From assembly GCA_030390025.1 (NCBI GenBank), contig CM059430.1, positions 75,268,001-75,332,000 of the forward strand: DNA of 64,000 nucleotides. Direction: 5' to 3'. This DNA comes from Squalus acanthias. Taxonomy: Eukaryota. This document shows positions 24,750 to 37,109 of this stretch, piece after piece. Every line of letters starts with the position of its first letter. Within the stretch, counting starts at the first letter, position 1. The notes beneath the pieces were generated by a model that saw only the letters and a program-made list of their open reading frames with translations, ran no database searches and had not been told where the DNA came from. The translations under genes and the position numbers were made by a program.

Positions 24750-25429
24750 TTTAATATCTCTTGACTCAGGGGCAATATACAGAAGAAGGATCTAAAGCCA
24801 AAGGTTCTGAAGCCAAAGGCGCAGTATGTGGTATGTTGTAGCATTAAGGACCTTGATTGACTGGCTGTGGATAGAGAAGAAATTAGTTTGTACAAGATAT
24901 TGGTAGGACCACACTTTGAATCCTGTGTGCAAATCCATCACAAAACTACAATGGAAATACGCAAGCAGTGGACGCAGTATAGAACCGGAACAGCCAAATT
25001 GGAAACTCGCTAAGGAACCTGAGTCGCCATGAGACGTTCAGGAGCCTGGGCTTGTTTACTTTGAGGCGCAGAAGGCGCATTGGAAATTTTATTCAAGATT
25101 ATTAATATAATAGATAGTTAGCTCCAGATTGCTACAAAAACAGCAAGAAGTTGACAGCTTTTCAGAGAGAATGTCGGCAGGAAATGTAGATTTAATTGCT
25201 TTCCGCTGAAGGTAATTAACATGTGAAAGGACTCTCCAGTGGAGAGATTACGTGGAAAAACTTAAAGGAGAACTGGATCGAATTTGAGGGAGTGGAAGAC
25301 TCAGTGCTATTTGATTTTGGGAATTGACAGATGGACTACAGAGTATTTTCGGATGCTGCATTTACTGTGTAGTTATTCCTATGCATTCTAAAACTTTTGT
25401 CACAATGAAGTCCACTGCCTCTAATTTTA

Positions 25430-26060
25430 TAGAACCTTATAGCACAGAAAGAGACCATTCGTCCCATTTTGCCTGTGCCAGCTCTTTGAAAGTGCTATCT
25501 AATTAGTCCTATTCCCCCGCTCTTTCCCCAAAGCCCTGCAAAACTTTCTCTTTCAAATATATATCGAAATTCCCATTTGAAAGTTACGACTGAATCTGCA
25601 TCCACCAGCCTTTCAGGAAGGGCAATCCAAATCATAGAAACTCGCTGTGTAAAAATCGATTCTCCACATCTCGCATCTGGTCCTTTTGCCAATTGTCTTC
25701 AATCTGTGCGCTCCTGCTAGTGGAAACAGTTTATGTGTATATAGTATATCAAAGCCCCTCATCATATTGCACAGCTAAATACATCTCTGCTTAACTTTCC
25801 CTACTCTAAGCTGAACAATACCAGTTTCTCCTGTCTCTCCATGCAAATGAAGTCCCACGTCCCTGCTAGTATTCTCGTAAATCTATTCTGCATCCTCTCC
25901 ATGGCCTTGACATCCTTCCTAAAGAATTGTGCCCAGAATGGACACAATACTGCAGATGAGGCCTAACCAGTGATGTATATACTTTTAACAAAACATCCTT
26001 GCTTTTGTACTCTATGTCTCTGTTTTAAAGCCATGGATATCATATGCTTGTTCTGCCACC
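25430..26060 (-). mobile_element. CR1 LINE 3' fragment
   Basis: Tail tagaaccttatagcacagaaagagaccattcg and minus ORF FTQRVSMIWIALPERLVDA. Confidence 0.75.
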
Positions 26061-26609
26061 TTCAAATATTATGGTGTTCAATTACACAACTGATCTGTAT
26101 GTAAAATCCTACCGGTTTGAACTCAAGTCACTGAGCTGTAACTGTAAAAATACTGACACTAATTACTGCAAGGTATGACATACGATTTCGCTGTCCGGCG
26201 AGAGATTTGTACATACATCGTTTCATATTTAGAGAACGGGGACGGAGCGTATACAATCTTTGAACATTTGAATAAACTGCTGGTCAGTTTCAATTTGGTC
26301 TAAGGGACCCTTTGATCATTTTTGCAAGCTAGATTTGATACTAACTGGGAATTATACTGCATGAGTGTCGAACCCAATCTGTGGAATCTCACGCGCTTCT
26401 CCGTATTGGGATCGCTTCTCTGGACGGTAATAATTCCCCCCTTTGTTCCAATTTACAAATCTTAAAGCAATTTGTTCGAAATAAGTTCTGCCTATTTATT
26501 TAAACCTGCCGAAAAGGAAAACAGAGCAAAAAGCTGCTGAGTGAAATTATAAAAATAATTATTTGCCTGGACTAAGCGGAAAGCGGCAACAGCCTGAATA
26601 TCTAATACG

Positions 26610-26795
26610 ATAGCAAAATACTGCGGATGCTGGAAATCCAAAATAACAACAGAAAAGGCTGAAAAAACTCAGCAGGCCAGGCAGCATCCGTGGAGAGAGA
26701 AACAGAAGGACTTCGACCTGAAACTTTAACTCTATTTCTCTCTCCACGGATGCTGCCTGACCTGCTGAGTTTTTCCAGCGTTTTCTGTTGTTAGC
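26610..26795. repeat. Fold-back repeat derived from Penelope-like terminal sequence
   Basis: ctcagcagg.caggcagcatccgtggagagagaaa ... tttctctctccacggatgctgcctgacctgctgag are inverted arms; same unit as the ends of 16790-18550. Confidence 0.75.
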
Positions 26796-27019
26796 CTGAA
26801 TGTCTAGTCGCACTGAATTGCTTTCTCCTCTTCTTGAAAAACGCTTATACATCATCCGCATGTTAGTCTAGAATGTTTTGGGAAGAATCTTATTTCGAAT
26901 TGTTAAATAAGCAAAATGCGAATTGGAATCATCGTATCATATTCAGGAAGATTGGACTCCAAACACTAATCAAATAGCAGAGTCTATTCAATCAGTGTAT
27001 TCTTTACTCTATTCAAAAG

Positions 27020-27328
27020 CTTCCCCAGAACCCGTGAGACTGGTCCCCAAAGTATCCGGAACCAACTCATCTGCTCTAACACTTGTGTGTGAAACGGCCG
27101 AGTTCTACCCGGAGGCTGTCACCTTCACTTGGTATAAAAATGACACCAACATTGTGACTGGGATCAACACCATTAAAAAGCTGAATTCGGAGGGAATGTG
27201 TGAAGCTTCCAGCATATTGCAAACGACACAGCCAGCCCAGAGCGGGGCTGTATATATCTGTGTGGTGTCTCACCTCACACTGCAGAGTCCAGCCGTGGCT
27301 GTTTATTTTGATTCCAGTTCTAACCCAG
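27020..27328 (+). CDS. Gene B exon: Ig C1-set domain
   Basis: attcaaaag|..|gtaaga, 309 nt (same length as gene A). Encodes ASPEPV..LTLVCETAEFYPEAVTFTWYKN..EGMCEASSIL..YICVVSH. Confidence 0.95.
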
Positions 27329-27803
27329 GTAAGATGTTGACATTTGTATAATACTGGCAGCCACTGAGCACTTTAAATCAGCTTTATTTGCTCTCTATCC
27401 GTTTTGTTTCAGAGATGCAATTAATTTTACAGAATGTTCTTTCAAACATTGCTTCTATTTGCTGATTTGTGAAACGGATACAAAAGGCAAGCTTCTCCCA
27501 TCCGAGAAATGGAGTGTAATCTATACAAATTATAATGATCAACTGAATTACACTAATCTTCACCAGATTCAATTGCTCGCCATTTAACAGGGAGAGAAAA
27601 TTCGTAGAATATCTTTTTCTCATTTATTTAATATTTTCCGTTAGTAAGAAGCTGCCGATCCAGACCAGTTCCTGTGATCGCTGTCCCACTTTCCGTGAGA
27701 TGCCACCCGAGAATGAATAATACGGCTGTAAAATGCGCTATAGTCTTCTTAGCTAAAAAGTTCATTATTGTGGTGTAAAAGAAAATTCAAATTAATTTTT
27801 AAT

Positions 27804-27972
27804 NNNNNNNNNNNNNNNNNNNNNNNNNNNNNNNNNNNNNNNNNNNNNNNNNNNNNNNNNNNNNNNNNNNNNNNNNNNNNNNNNNNNNNNNNNNNNNNNN
27901 NNNNNNNNNNNNNNNNNNNNNNNNNNNNNNNNNNNNNNNNNNNNNNNNNNNNNNNNNNNNNNNNNNNNNNNN
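27804..27972. other. Assembly gap
   Basis: Run of N. Confidence 1.
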
Positions 27973-27974
27973 GT

Positions 27975-28150
27975 ATCGATCTATCGTCTATCTATCTATC
28001 TGTCTATCTATCTATCTCTGTCTATCTCTCTATCTATCTATCTATTCTCTCTCTATCTATCTATCTCTCTATCTCTATTGCTCTCTCTCTCTCTATGTAT
28101 AGATCTATCTATCTATCTGTCTATCTATCTATCTGTCTATCTATCTGTCT
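27975..28150. repeat. (TCTA)n/(TC)n compound microsatellite
   Basis: Direct reading. Confidence 0.9.
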
Positions 28151-28367
28151 TTATGTATAAATATAGATTTTAACCAGTTTGCACAGTTAACATTCTCAGT
28201 CCTCGGCTCCGCTGTGGCGAAACTCAAAATGTAAATGGGAGAACTAACATATGTTCAACAGACTGGTTGTATAACACTGCCGACAAAGAAGATCTGGTCA
28301 TTGATTATTACTATTATTAGTCAAAGCAATATTAGGATGATAATTTGTATTGTGATTATGATTTTAG

Positions 28368-28481
28368 GCAATAGACTCCCATCCCTTTACCTACTGATTG
28401 CTGGATGCACAGGGGGTGCAATTATATTTCTAGCCATCATCATCTTGATTGGGAAGAGTTACCAACTCATTAACTGTAAAG
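28368..28481 (+). CDS. Gene B exon: transmembrane segment (GC donor)
   Basis: gattttag|, encodes GNRLPSLYLLIAGCTGGAIIFLAIIILIGKSYQLINCK. The donor position homologous to gene A is AAAG|gcaagg; read-through gives GKEPPM* at 28501. Confidence 0.85.
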
Positions 28482-28945
28482 GCAAGGAGCCACCTATGTA
28501 GTTTCACTGTGATAGATTTGTAATAAAAAAAGGGATCTACAGGACGCCGTGAAAAGGAAGGAACGTTATATCTGGTCCAGGAATGGAATTATGCTGATAT
28601 GTTGAAATGTTATAATTGGTTACATAGTCTGAAAATAAATGTCAAAGCATCATTCAAATTAATTAAAGTAAATGATTAATGAGTACCGAATATTTGCATT
28701 TTTCGGTGGTGTTTTGCTGTTTTGAATCAGTGATTCCCTGTGTTATGGGCCGAAGGCATTTCAGGAACGTTAACTCTAGATTGCTCAACAAAAGGGGCGA
28801 GAGGGGAGTGTTGCGATTACATTTTCAAAACTTGTCATGAGCTGTGATCCTTAAGGCGCTTTTGGCTGAGACTAAGTCGGATTTCCTTGTTCTCGGTTGT
28901 TCACTTCTTGGTGTCTGGCCAAAGTTAAATGTTGTATTTCACTAG

Positions 28946-28989
28946 GCGCACGCGGAAACGAAGAGGGTCCTCGCCACTTCGAAGAGCGA
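28946..28989 (+). CDS. Gene B exon: short cytoplasmic exon
   Basis: gtatttcactag|..|gtgcgt, 44 nt, phase 1-0. Encodes GARGNEEGPRHFEER; same size and phase as gene A 8070-8113. Confidence 0.65.
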
Positions 28990-29054
28990 GTGCGTTTCTC
29001 TACTACATTTTTGAAAATGTTGGAAGCGTAAAATAATGCAACGCTATACTCAAT

Positions 29055-29797
29055 GGCCCAAAAATTAGTGCCGCTACGCGAGAGTACGCACTGTGTACTC
29101 TCGCGTATTCTGTCTCCAATTGCCGGTTTTCTGCATGCACTGCGCATGCGCTGAAAACCGGCACTTGGGGAATTCAAAAGGGGGCGGTTCCTAGGTGAAC
29201 CGCGTGCGCGCTACAGGCTGCGCGCACGCAGTGCACTTAGTGCTTTGAACGCGCAGGTAAGCATGGAACATTTTAGACATAAAGAAAGGAGGCGTAAGAC
29301 CCTCTTTTAACAAGGTAAGTAGTTAATTAAGTATTATTTTGAATTGTTTTTAACAGGTATATCTTTTTTAGAGACTTTAAAGACAGGTAAGTTTATTTTT
29401 ATAACTTTTAAAAAGATTTTAAATTTTTTCAAAAATTTAATTTTTTGTTTAAAGTGGATAATTTATTTAACGATACTTATTTTATTAATGTGATGGTTTT
29501 TAAAAAAAATTAATTGAGGTTTAGCTGTTCTTTTGGGGGGTATAGTATTCATAGCTTTCACAGCCCTTGCTGTGAAAACTATGAATGAAAGATGGTGTGC
29601 TGCCATTTGCTCTAACTGAACCACGTCATCCCACAGCTCGCACGAATTAAATGCGTCTGTGGGATACGCACACACTGCACAGCTGCTGTCTAGAAACTCA
29701 AGTTCGTGCGAGCTCAGAAGGAAAAGGCAGGCGCGCAGTGAGAAAACGCGGGGAAGCCTTACCCCCGCAGGAAGGCTCTGTCTTTAATTTCTGGGCC
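29055..29797. mobile_element. PIF/Harbinger-type MITE
   Basis: TIRs ggcccaaaaatta / taatttctgggcc, 3-bp TSD AAT/AAT. Internal hairpin gccggttttc..gcgcatgcgc..gaaaaccggc is shared with 42251-43012. Confidence 0.85.
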
Positions 29798-29904
29798 AAT
29801 ATATATAATGATGTGAAGTACACGGTTATTTTTACGTGTACATTGATAAATATTTATATGCACGAGGGGCCACTGTACGAAATAAACAAATCCCCTTCAG
29901 TCCC

Positions 29905-30680
29905 ATTCCCTGCTGCAAACATCTCCAGTCAAGTACAGAACGGGTGGATGCCGACCTAAGCTCCATCTGCACTGCCCCATCAAACACTCCCAAGTGTAGT
30001 GCAGTTGGGTTAGATAGAGAGTAAAGCTCCCTCTACACGTTCCCAACAAACACTCGCTGGACAGGTACAGCACGGGTAAGATAAAACATGAATCTCCCTC
30101 TAAGCTGTCCCGTCAAACACTCCAAGGGTAGTTACAGAATGGTTTAGATATATTAAAGCTCCCTCTACACTCCCAGGTGTGGAAAAGCAAGACTACATAA
30201 ATAGTAAAGCTCACTCTGCACTGTCACATCAAACACGCCCAGGGCAGGTACAGCACGGGATAGATACAGAGTAAAGCTTCATTTACCCTGTCCCAGCAAA
30301 ACTTCCAGGGCAGGGAGAGCACGGGTTAGATACAGAGTAAAGCACCCTCTACACTGTCCCATCAAACACTCCCAGGGTAGGTACAGCATGCGTTAGAAAC
30401 AAAGTAAATCGCCCTCTATACTGTCACATAAAACATTCCCAGGTCTAGTGCAGTTAGGTTACATAGAGAGTAAAGCACCATCTAAACTGCCCCTTCAAAC
30501 ACTTCCATGGCCTAGATACAGAGTCAAGCTCCCTGAACACTGACCATCAAACACCTCGAGGGGAGTTACAGCACTGGTTAGATATATAGTAGACCTCCGT
30601 CGACACCGGTCCATTTAACATTCACTGTGACAGTGCAGTACATTTCGATACAAAGTGATATTCCATTACTCTGTTCCAAT
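29905..30680. repeat. ~67-bp tandem minisatellite, about 11 diverged copies
   Basis: Unit approximately tagatacagagtaaagctccctctacactgtcccatcaaacactcccagggcaggtacagcacgggt. Confidence 0.9.
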
Positions 30681-30954
30681 GAATTGCCTGAAGCTCCTCC
30701 TTATGAAAAACACTGCAATTGGACCATGCGATTTCTCCCCACTCTCCCGCCGACTAATCACTGTCTTCTCTGAGTGAGATTCCTTATTCATCAATGTGGA
30801 TTGTTAATTAATTCTACATGTAGTGCTTTAAGGCAGAACACAAGCAGTTAGATTGAGAACGACCAAGTAATGGAGAATAATCCATCAGTACAGGCTACAC
30901 TCCAATCCCAGATCCCAAAGCACGAAGTCACTGCGTCAGATGGTCCTCATGTTC

Positions 30955-31640
30955 TCATAAGAATATAAAAAATAGGATAAGGAATAGGCCATTAGGCACC
31001 TCGAGGCTGCTCCATCATTCAATAAATTCAAGGCTGATCTTATACATCAACGCCAGCCTAGCCCCATATCCCTTAATTCCCCAAAGAGTCCAAAAATCTA
31101 TCTATCTCAGCCTTGAATATACACATCGACTAAATATTTACAACCCTCTGGAGTAGAGAACTCCATAGATACACAACCTTCTGATTGAATAAATTCCTCC
31201 TCATCTCAGTCTTAAATGGCCGACCCCTTATCATGAGACTATGACCCTAAGTTCTAGACGCTCCAGCCAGTGGAAGCATCCTCGCTGCATCTACCCTGTC
31301 AAGTCCTCTAAGAATTGCATACGTTTGAATGAGATCACCTCTCATTCTGCTAAACTACAGACAAAAGAGCCCCATTCTGCTGAATCTCTCCTCATAGGAC
31401 AAACCTCAAATGGAAAGAATCAATCTAGTGAACCACGGTTGCAACTCCTTTAAGGCAAGTATATCCTCCTTTAAGTAATGAGATCAAAACTGTACACAGT
31501 ACCCCAGGTGTGGCCTTACTATAGCCCTGTATAATTGCAGCAAGACTTCCTTAATCTTATATTCCAGCTGCCTTGCAATAAAGGCTAACATACTGTCAGC
31601 CGTCCTAATTGCGAGCTATACCTACTTTTTAAGTTTCTGT
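30955..31640 (-). mobile_element. CR1 LINE 3' fragment
   Basis: Tail cataagaatata..aggaataggccatt; body matches other CR1 3' ends in the window. Confidence 0.8.
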
Positions 31641-31831
31641 ATCGATGGAATAATATCGATAAAACACCTCTTTGTATGTTATTGACCGTGTCTGAAGCAC
31701 ACATTATGAGCACAGTTCAGTTGGTGACTGAATGTTAAAGAAAATTATTCAGCTTTTCATTTCTGTTTCATGCATCACTTTGCTAACTAATCAAGCTAAT
31801 GAGCTTACCGTTAAACGCTTCGATTTTACAG

Positions 31832-31903
31832 ACCATTGGACGGACATTTGATAATAGGCAAAGACGGAAACCTAAAGATAACAAAAAGCATAAGAAGATG
31901 TAG
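31832..31903 (+). CDS. Gene B last coding exon (truncated, basic tail without Tyr motifs)
   Basis: cgattttacag|, phase 0. Encodes TIGRTFDNRQRRKPKDNKKHKKM*. The start aligns with gene A last exon (T..R..DN); the frame continues RQNNEY up to the CR1 junction at 31921. Confidence 0.6.
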   Translation, partial: TIGRTFDNRQRRKPKDNKKHKKM

Positions 31904-31921
31904 AGGCAAAATAATGAATAT

Positions 31922-34900
31922 AGAAACATAGAAGATAGGAGCAGGAGTAGGCCATTCGGCCCCTCGAGCCTTTTCCGCCATTTAATGAGATGATGGCTGA
32001 TCATCCAAATTCATTACCCTCTCCCTGCTTTCTCCCCATATCCCTTGATCCCTTAAGCGTTAAGAAATATATCTAACTCCTTCTTGAATATATTTAATGA
32101 ATTGGCCTCAACTGCCTTGTGTGGTAGAGAATTCCACAGGTTCACCACTCTCTGGGTGAAGAAATTCCTCCTCATTTCAGTCCTAAATGGCTTACCCCAT
32201 ACCCTTAGACTGTGACCCTTGGTTCTGGACTCCCCGCCATCGGGAACATCCTTCCTGCATCTAGTCTGTCCAGTCCTGTTAGAATTTTATAAGTTTCAAT
32301 GAGATCCCCTCTCATTTTTCTAAACAATAGCGAATATAAACCTAATCTACCCAATCGCTCCTCATAAGTCATTCCTGCCATGCCAGGTATCAGTCTAGTG
32401 AATCTTCTCTGCACTCTCTCCATGGCAAAAACATCCTTCCTCCGATAAGGTGACCAAACTGCACACAATACACAAGGTATGGTCTCACCAAGGCCTGTAC
32501 AACGGATTGCTCCTGTACTCGAATCCTCTCGCTATGAAGGCCGACATACCATTTGCCTTCTTAACTGCCTGCTGCACTTGCATGCTTACCTTCAGCGACT
32601 GGTGCACGAGGACAGCCAGGTCTCGTTGCACTTCCCCTTTTCCCAATCTGTTTCCGTTCAGATAATAACCTGTCTTCCTGTTTTTGCCACCAAAGTGATA
32701 ACCTCACATTTATCCACATTATACTGCATTTGCCATGCATCTGCCCAATCACCCAACCTGTCCAAATCATACTGGAGTTTCTCTGCATCCTCCTCACAGC
32801 ACCAACGCCCACCCAGCTTTGTGTCGTTTGCAAACTTGGAGATATTACATCTAGTTCCCTCGTCTAGATCTTGTATATATATTGTGAATAGCTGGTGTCC
32901 TCGCACCGATCCCTGCGGTAACCCACTGGTCACTGCCTGCCACTCGGAAAAAGACGCGTTTATTCCAACTCTTTGCTTCCTGTCTGCCAACCAGTTCTCT
33001 ATCCAAGACAGTAATTTACCCCCAAAATCGTGTGCTTTAACTTTGCACGCTAATCTCTTATGCGGGACCTTATCGAAAGCCTTCTGAAAGTCCAAATACA
33101 CCACATCCACTGGTTCTCCCTTATCTATGCTACCAGTTACATCCTCAAAAAATTCCAGTAGATTAGTCAAGCATGATTTACCTTTTGTAAATCCATGTTG
33201 ACTTTGTCCGATCCTGTCACTGTTTTTCCAAGTGCTCTGCTATTACATCTTTTAGAATGGACACTGGCATTTTCCCCACTACCGATGTCAGAATTACCGG
33301 TCTATAATTCCCCGTTTTCTCTCTACCACCTTTTTTAAATATTGGGGTTACAATAGCTATCCTGCAATCCATCGGAACTGTTCCAGAGTGAATAGAATTT
33401 TGGAAAATGACCAGCAACGCATCTACTATTTCTAGGGCCACTTCCTTAAGTACCCAAGGATGTACATTATCAGGCCCTGGGGATTTATCGGCATTCAATC
33501 CCATCAATTACCTAACACCATTTCCCTACAAATACTGATTTCATTCAATTCCTCCTTCTCAATAGACCCTATGGTCCCCGACATCTAGGGAGGTTATTTG
33601 TGTTCTCCTTTGTGAAGACAGAACCAAAGTATTTATTTAATTGGTCTGCTATTTCTTTGTTCCCGATTATAAAATCCCCTGATTCTGACTGCAAGGGACC
33701 AACACTTGAAGTAATGAATCTTTTTCTCTTCACACATCTATTGAAGCTTTTACAGTCAGTTTTTATGTTCCCTGCAAGCTTACTCTTACAATCTATTTTC
33801 CCCCTCTTAATTAATCCCTTTGTCCTCCTTTGCTGAATCCTAAACTGCTCCCAATCCTCAGGTTTGCTGCTTTTTCTGGCCAAATTATATGTTCTCTCCT
33901 TCGATTTTATGCTCTCCTTAATTTCCCTTGTTATCCACGGTTGAGTCACCTTATTGTTTTAGTTTTATGCCAATCAGGGATGAACAAATTATGCAGTTCA
34001 TCCATGCGCTCTTTAAATGTTTGCCTTTGCCTATCCACCGTCAATCCTTTAAGTAACGTTCCCCAATCCATCCTAGACAACTCGTGCTTCATACCATCGT
34101 AGATTCCTTTATTTAAATTCAGGACCCTAGTCTCTGAGTCAACTACCTCAATCTCCATGTTAATGAAGAATTCTAGCATATTATGATCTCTCCTCCCAAG
34201 GGGCCTCAAACAACAAGATTGCTAATTAATCCTTTCTCATTACATAATACCCAGTCTAAGTTGGCCTGATCTCTAGTTGGTTCCTCGACATATTGATCCA
34301 GGAAACCATCTCGCATTCACTCTTGGAATTCCTCCTCCACAGCATTGTTACTAATTTTGTTAGCCCAATCTAAATGTAGATTAAAGTAACCCATGATAAC
34401 TGCTGTGCCCTCATTGCACGCATCTCTAATTTCCCGTTTAATGCCATCCCCAGCCTCAGCATTATTGTTTGGTGGTCTGTATACAACTCCCACTAACGTT
34501 TTCTGCCCCTTGGTAATTCTCAGCTCTGCCCATACAGATTCCACATCACCAGAGCGAATATCCTTCCTTACTACTGTGTTAATCTCTTCTTTTACCATCA
34601 ATGCTATCCCACCTACTTTCCTTTTTTCCTGTCCTTCCTGAATATTGAATACCGCTGGATGTTGAAATCCCAGGCTTGGTCATCCTGGAGCCATGTCTCC
34701 ATAATCCCAATTATATCATGTCCGTTTACATCTATTTGCGCAGCTAATTCATCCACCTTATTACGAATATTCCTCACATTAAGTCACAAAGCCTTCAGGC
34801 TTGCTTTTTTAACCCTCTTTGTCCTTTTAGAATTATTATTTACTGTGGCCCTGTTTTATTTACATCCTTGATTTCTCTGAATCCACTTTTGCTTTTCTCC

Positions 34901-34960
34901 TTCCTGTCTTTTGTTTCTATCCTAGCTTCCCTTTCCTCTGTCTCCCTGCACAGGTTCCCA
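31922..34960 (-). mobile_element. 5'-truncated CR1 LINE (EN + RT, frameshifted) inserted into the last exon of gene B
   Basis: Minus ORFs 34317..34601 (VGVVYRPP, endonuclease), 33569..33949, 33217..33507, 32658..33170 (LDFQKAFDKVPH..PQGS..FANDTK), 32205..32468. Tail agaaacatagaagataggagcagg. Confidence 0.95.
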
Positions 34961-34999
34961 ACTTACGCACATCTAACAGAACAAACAGCTCAATTATGA
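34961..34999 (+). pseudogene. Stranded 3' end of gene B last exon (TYAHLTEQTAQL*)
   Basis: Begins at the first base after the CR1, is in frame with the pre-insertion sequence, and aligns to gene A EYAQLQMKNQTA. Confidence 0.6.
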
Positions 35000-35439
35000 T
35001 AATATTTGATGTAACATTTGACTGGACCGTGCTGGTCATATCTAGTATGTTAAATATATATGAAGCCCAACCAGACAGCTCTATTTTATTCGCAAATTAA
35101 AATAGAAACTGGTAGAACACACACTAGGATGTGATGTCAATACGCCTGTGAGGCGTTCCATCCAAGACTTCAAACTAGCTTTCTTTTTCAGATGCAGATC
35201 TTACTAACGTTTATTTTTCATTAGTTGTAATATTTCTGGTGTGTTTATATCAACATTAAGACGTCCTTCTATGACTTCCTGTTTAATGAGACAACTATTA
35301 AAGTGTAAACTGCAGTGAATGCAAGCGGATAGAGTCTTATTTAAGAGATATCCAGTTAATGTCAAAGTCAATGTATTGCTCCTTGCTAATAATATTTGAG
35401 TTAGTCATCAGTGAATAGATTATTAAATCATCGTGTGGT

Positions 35440-35990
35440 ATAACACAGAAGGAGGCCATTCGGCCCATCGAGTCTGCACCGGCACTTTCGAAGAGGAATC
35501 CAGTTAGTCCCACTCCCCCTCTCATTCCCCATGTCCCTGATGTTTTTTCTCCTTCAATTTCTTACCCGATTCCCTTTTGAAAGCTACTGTTGAATCGGCC
35601 CCACCACCCTATCAGGCAGTGCATTCCACATCGTATCCACTTGTTGTGTAAAAATGTTTTTCCTCATGTTGCCTCTCATTCTTTTGCCAATCCTCTTAAA
35701 TCACTGCCCTCTGGTTTCAGCCATTGGAAAGAGTTTCACGTTATTTACTCTATCTAAACACTTCATGATTTTAAACAACTCTATCAAATCTCCTCTTGGC
35801 CTTCTCTGCTCTAAGGACAACAACCAATGTTACTCCAGTGTATCCACGTAACTGTAACCACTCATCCCTGGATCTATTCCAGTAAATCTCTTCTCTACGC
35901 TCTGCAAAGCCTTAACGTCCTTCCTAAAGTGTGCTGTCTAGAAATGAACATGATACTCCAGCTGGAGCCGAAATATAGTTTTATAATTCT
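35440..35990 (-). mobile_element. CR1 LINE 3' fragment
   Basis: Tail cacagaaggaggccattcggcccatcgagtctg and RT 3' sequence. Confidence 0.8.
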
Positions 35991-37109
35991 TTAACATATG
36001 TAGCATTCCTCAAAAAAAGCTTTGGCATTTCAATTTAAGTATATACGTGCTACAGAACGAAAATCGTTTATCTATTTATGCCACCCATATCAGATTCTCG
36101 ACTTACCAGGGCAGATATAGGTGGCAGTGTAGAGCTCCCTCTATTCAATATCAAAATATGCCGCACTAACACACCAGGAATAAGTGTGACATTGGCATTT
36201 CCAGTACGCAGTATCCTTGTGTCCTTTCAACGAGTTTGCCAATTTACTGTCAATTTTATGGTGTGATCCGACAATTGCTGTCAACTTATTCCAAGATATC
36301 CTGTCCAAGACCCTCACTGAAGGCTGCATGGAGAGGCGCTGAGGATCAGTCTAGGTAAATTCAGACTCAACTTAGAGGAAAACGGACCGAGCGCTGTCGC
36401 AATGTATAAAACGATCTATTCATCACTGCATGATAGCATGCGGTCTTACTTTGAAAAAAACTGACTGAAAATAAATGTTGTGAACAATGCGATGTCTTTA
36501 TGACATATATAGGAAAGATACTACAATCTTTGCTAAATAATGAGACAAAAAAACATCTGGAGATGGAGCACATAACCGAAAAATTCAGCAAGGATTTCTA
36601 TAGAGAAGGTACCATGTTTAACTAACCTTATTTAATTTTTGAAGGAATAACAGTAAGAGTAAATAAGGTCAATGCATTGGATGTGTTATACATAGATTTC
36701 TCGAAGGTCTTCGCTAAGATAGGACAAGAGAAACTCTTGACAATGTCAGGTCGTTTGGACTCCTGCTCTTCAAATAGTGTCACGGGGTGTTTGACGTCCA
36801 CCTGACAGGAAAGACAGGGACTCGGTTTATCGTCTCATCCCAAAAATAGCATCTCTGACAGTGCAGCACATCCTTAGCACTGGAGTGTCAGCCTAGATTA
36901 TGTGCTAACGTTTCTGGAATTGGAGACGGACCAGAACCTTCTTACTCAGAGGCAAGAGTGCTAGCGACAAGTAAAACCTAACACCAGAGGAAAAAACAGA
37001 TCTGGGAATACAGGTACATGAATTGTTTGAAGTAGCAACACAAGTTCAGAAGGTTATAATGATTGCAAACAAAGTAATGGGGTTCATTTCGAGAGGAATA
37101 TGAGTGTTG

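Noticed and set aside
29905-30680. CRISPR-like array
   Set aside because: The whole unit is repeated with no unique spacers, the context is vertebrate, and there are no cas genes; it is a minisatellite.
30820-30955. Missing middle cytoplasmic exon of gene B
   Set aside because: Candidate acceptors give early stops or peptides with no similarity to the gene A 99-nt exon.
32479-33087. 202-aa plus-strand ORF
   Set aside because: Antisense shadow of CR1 RT.
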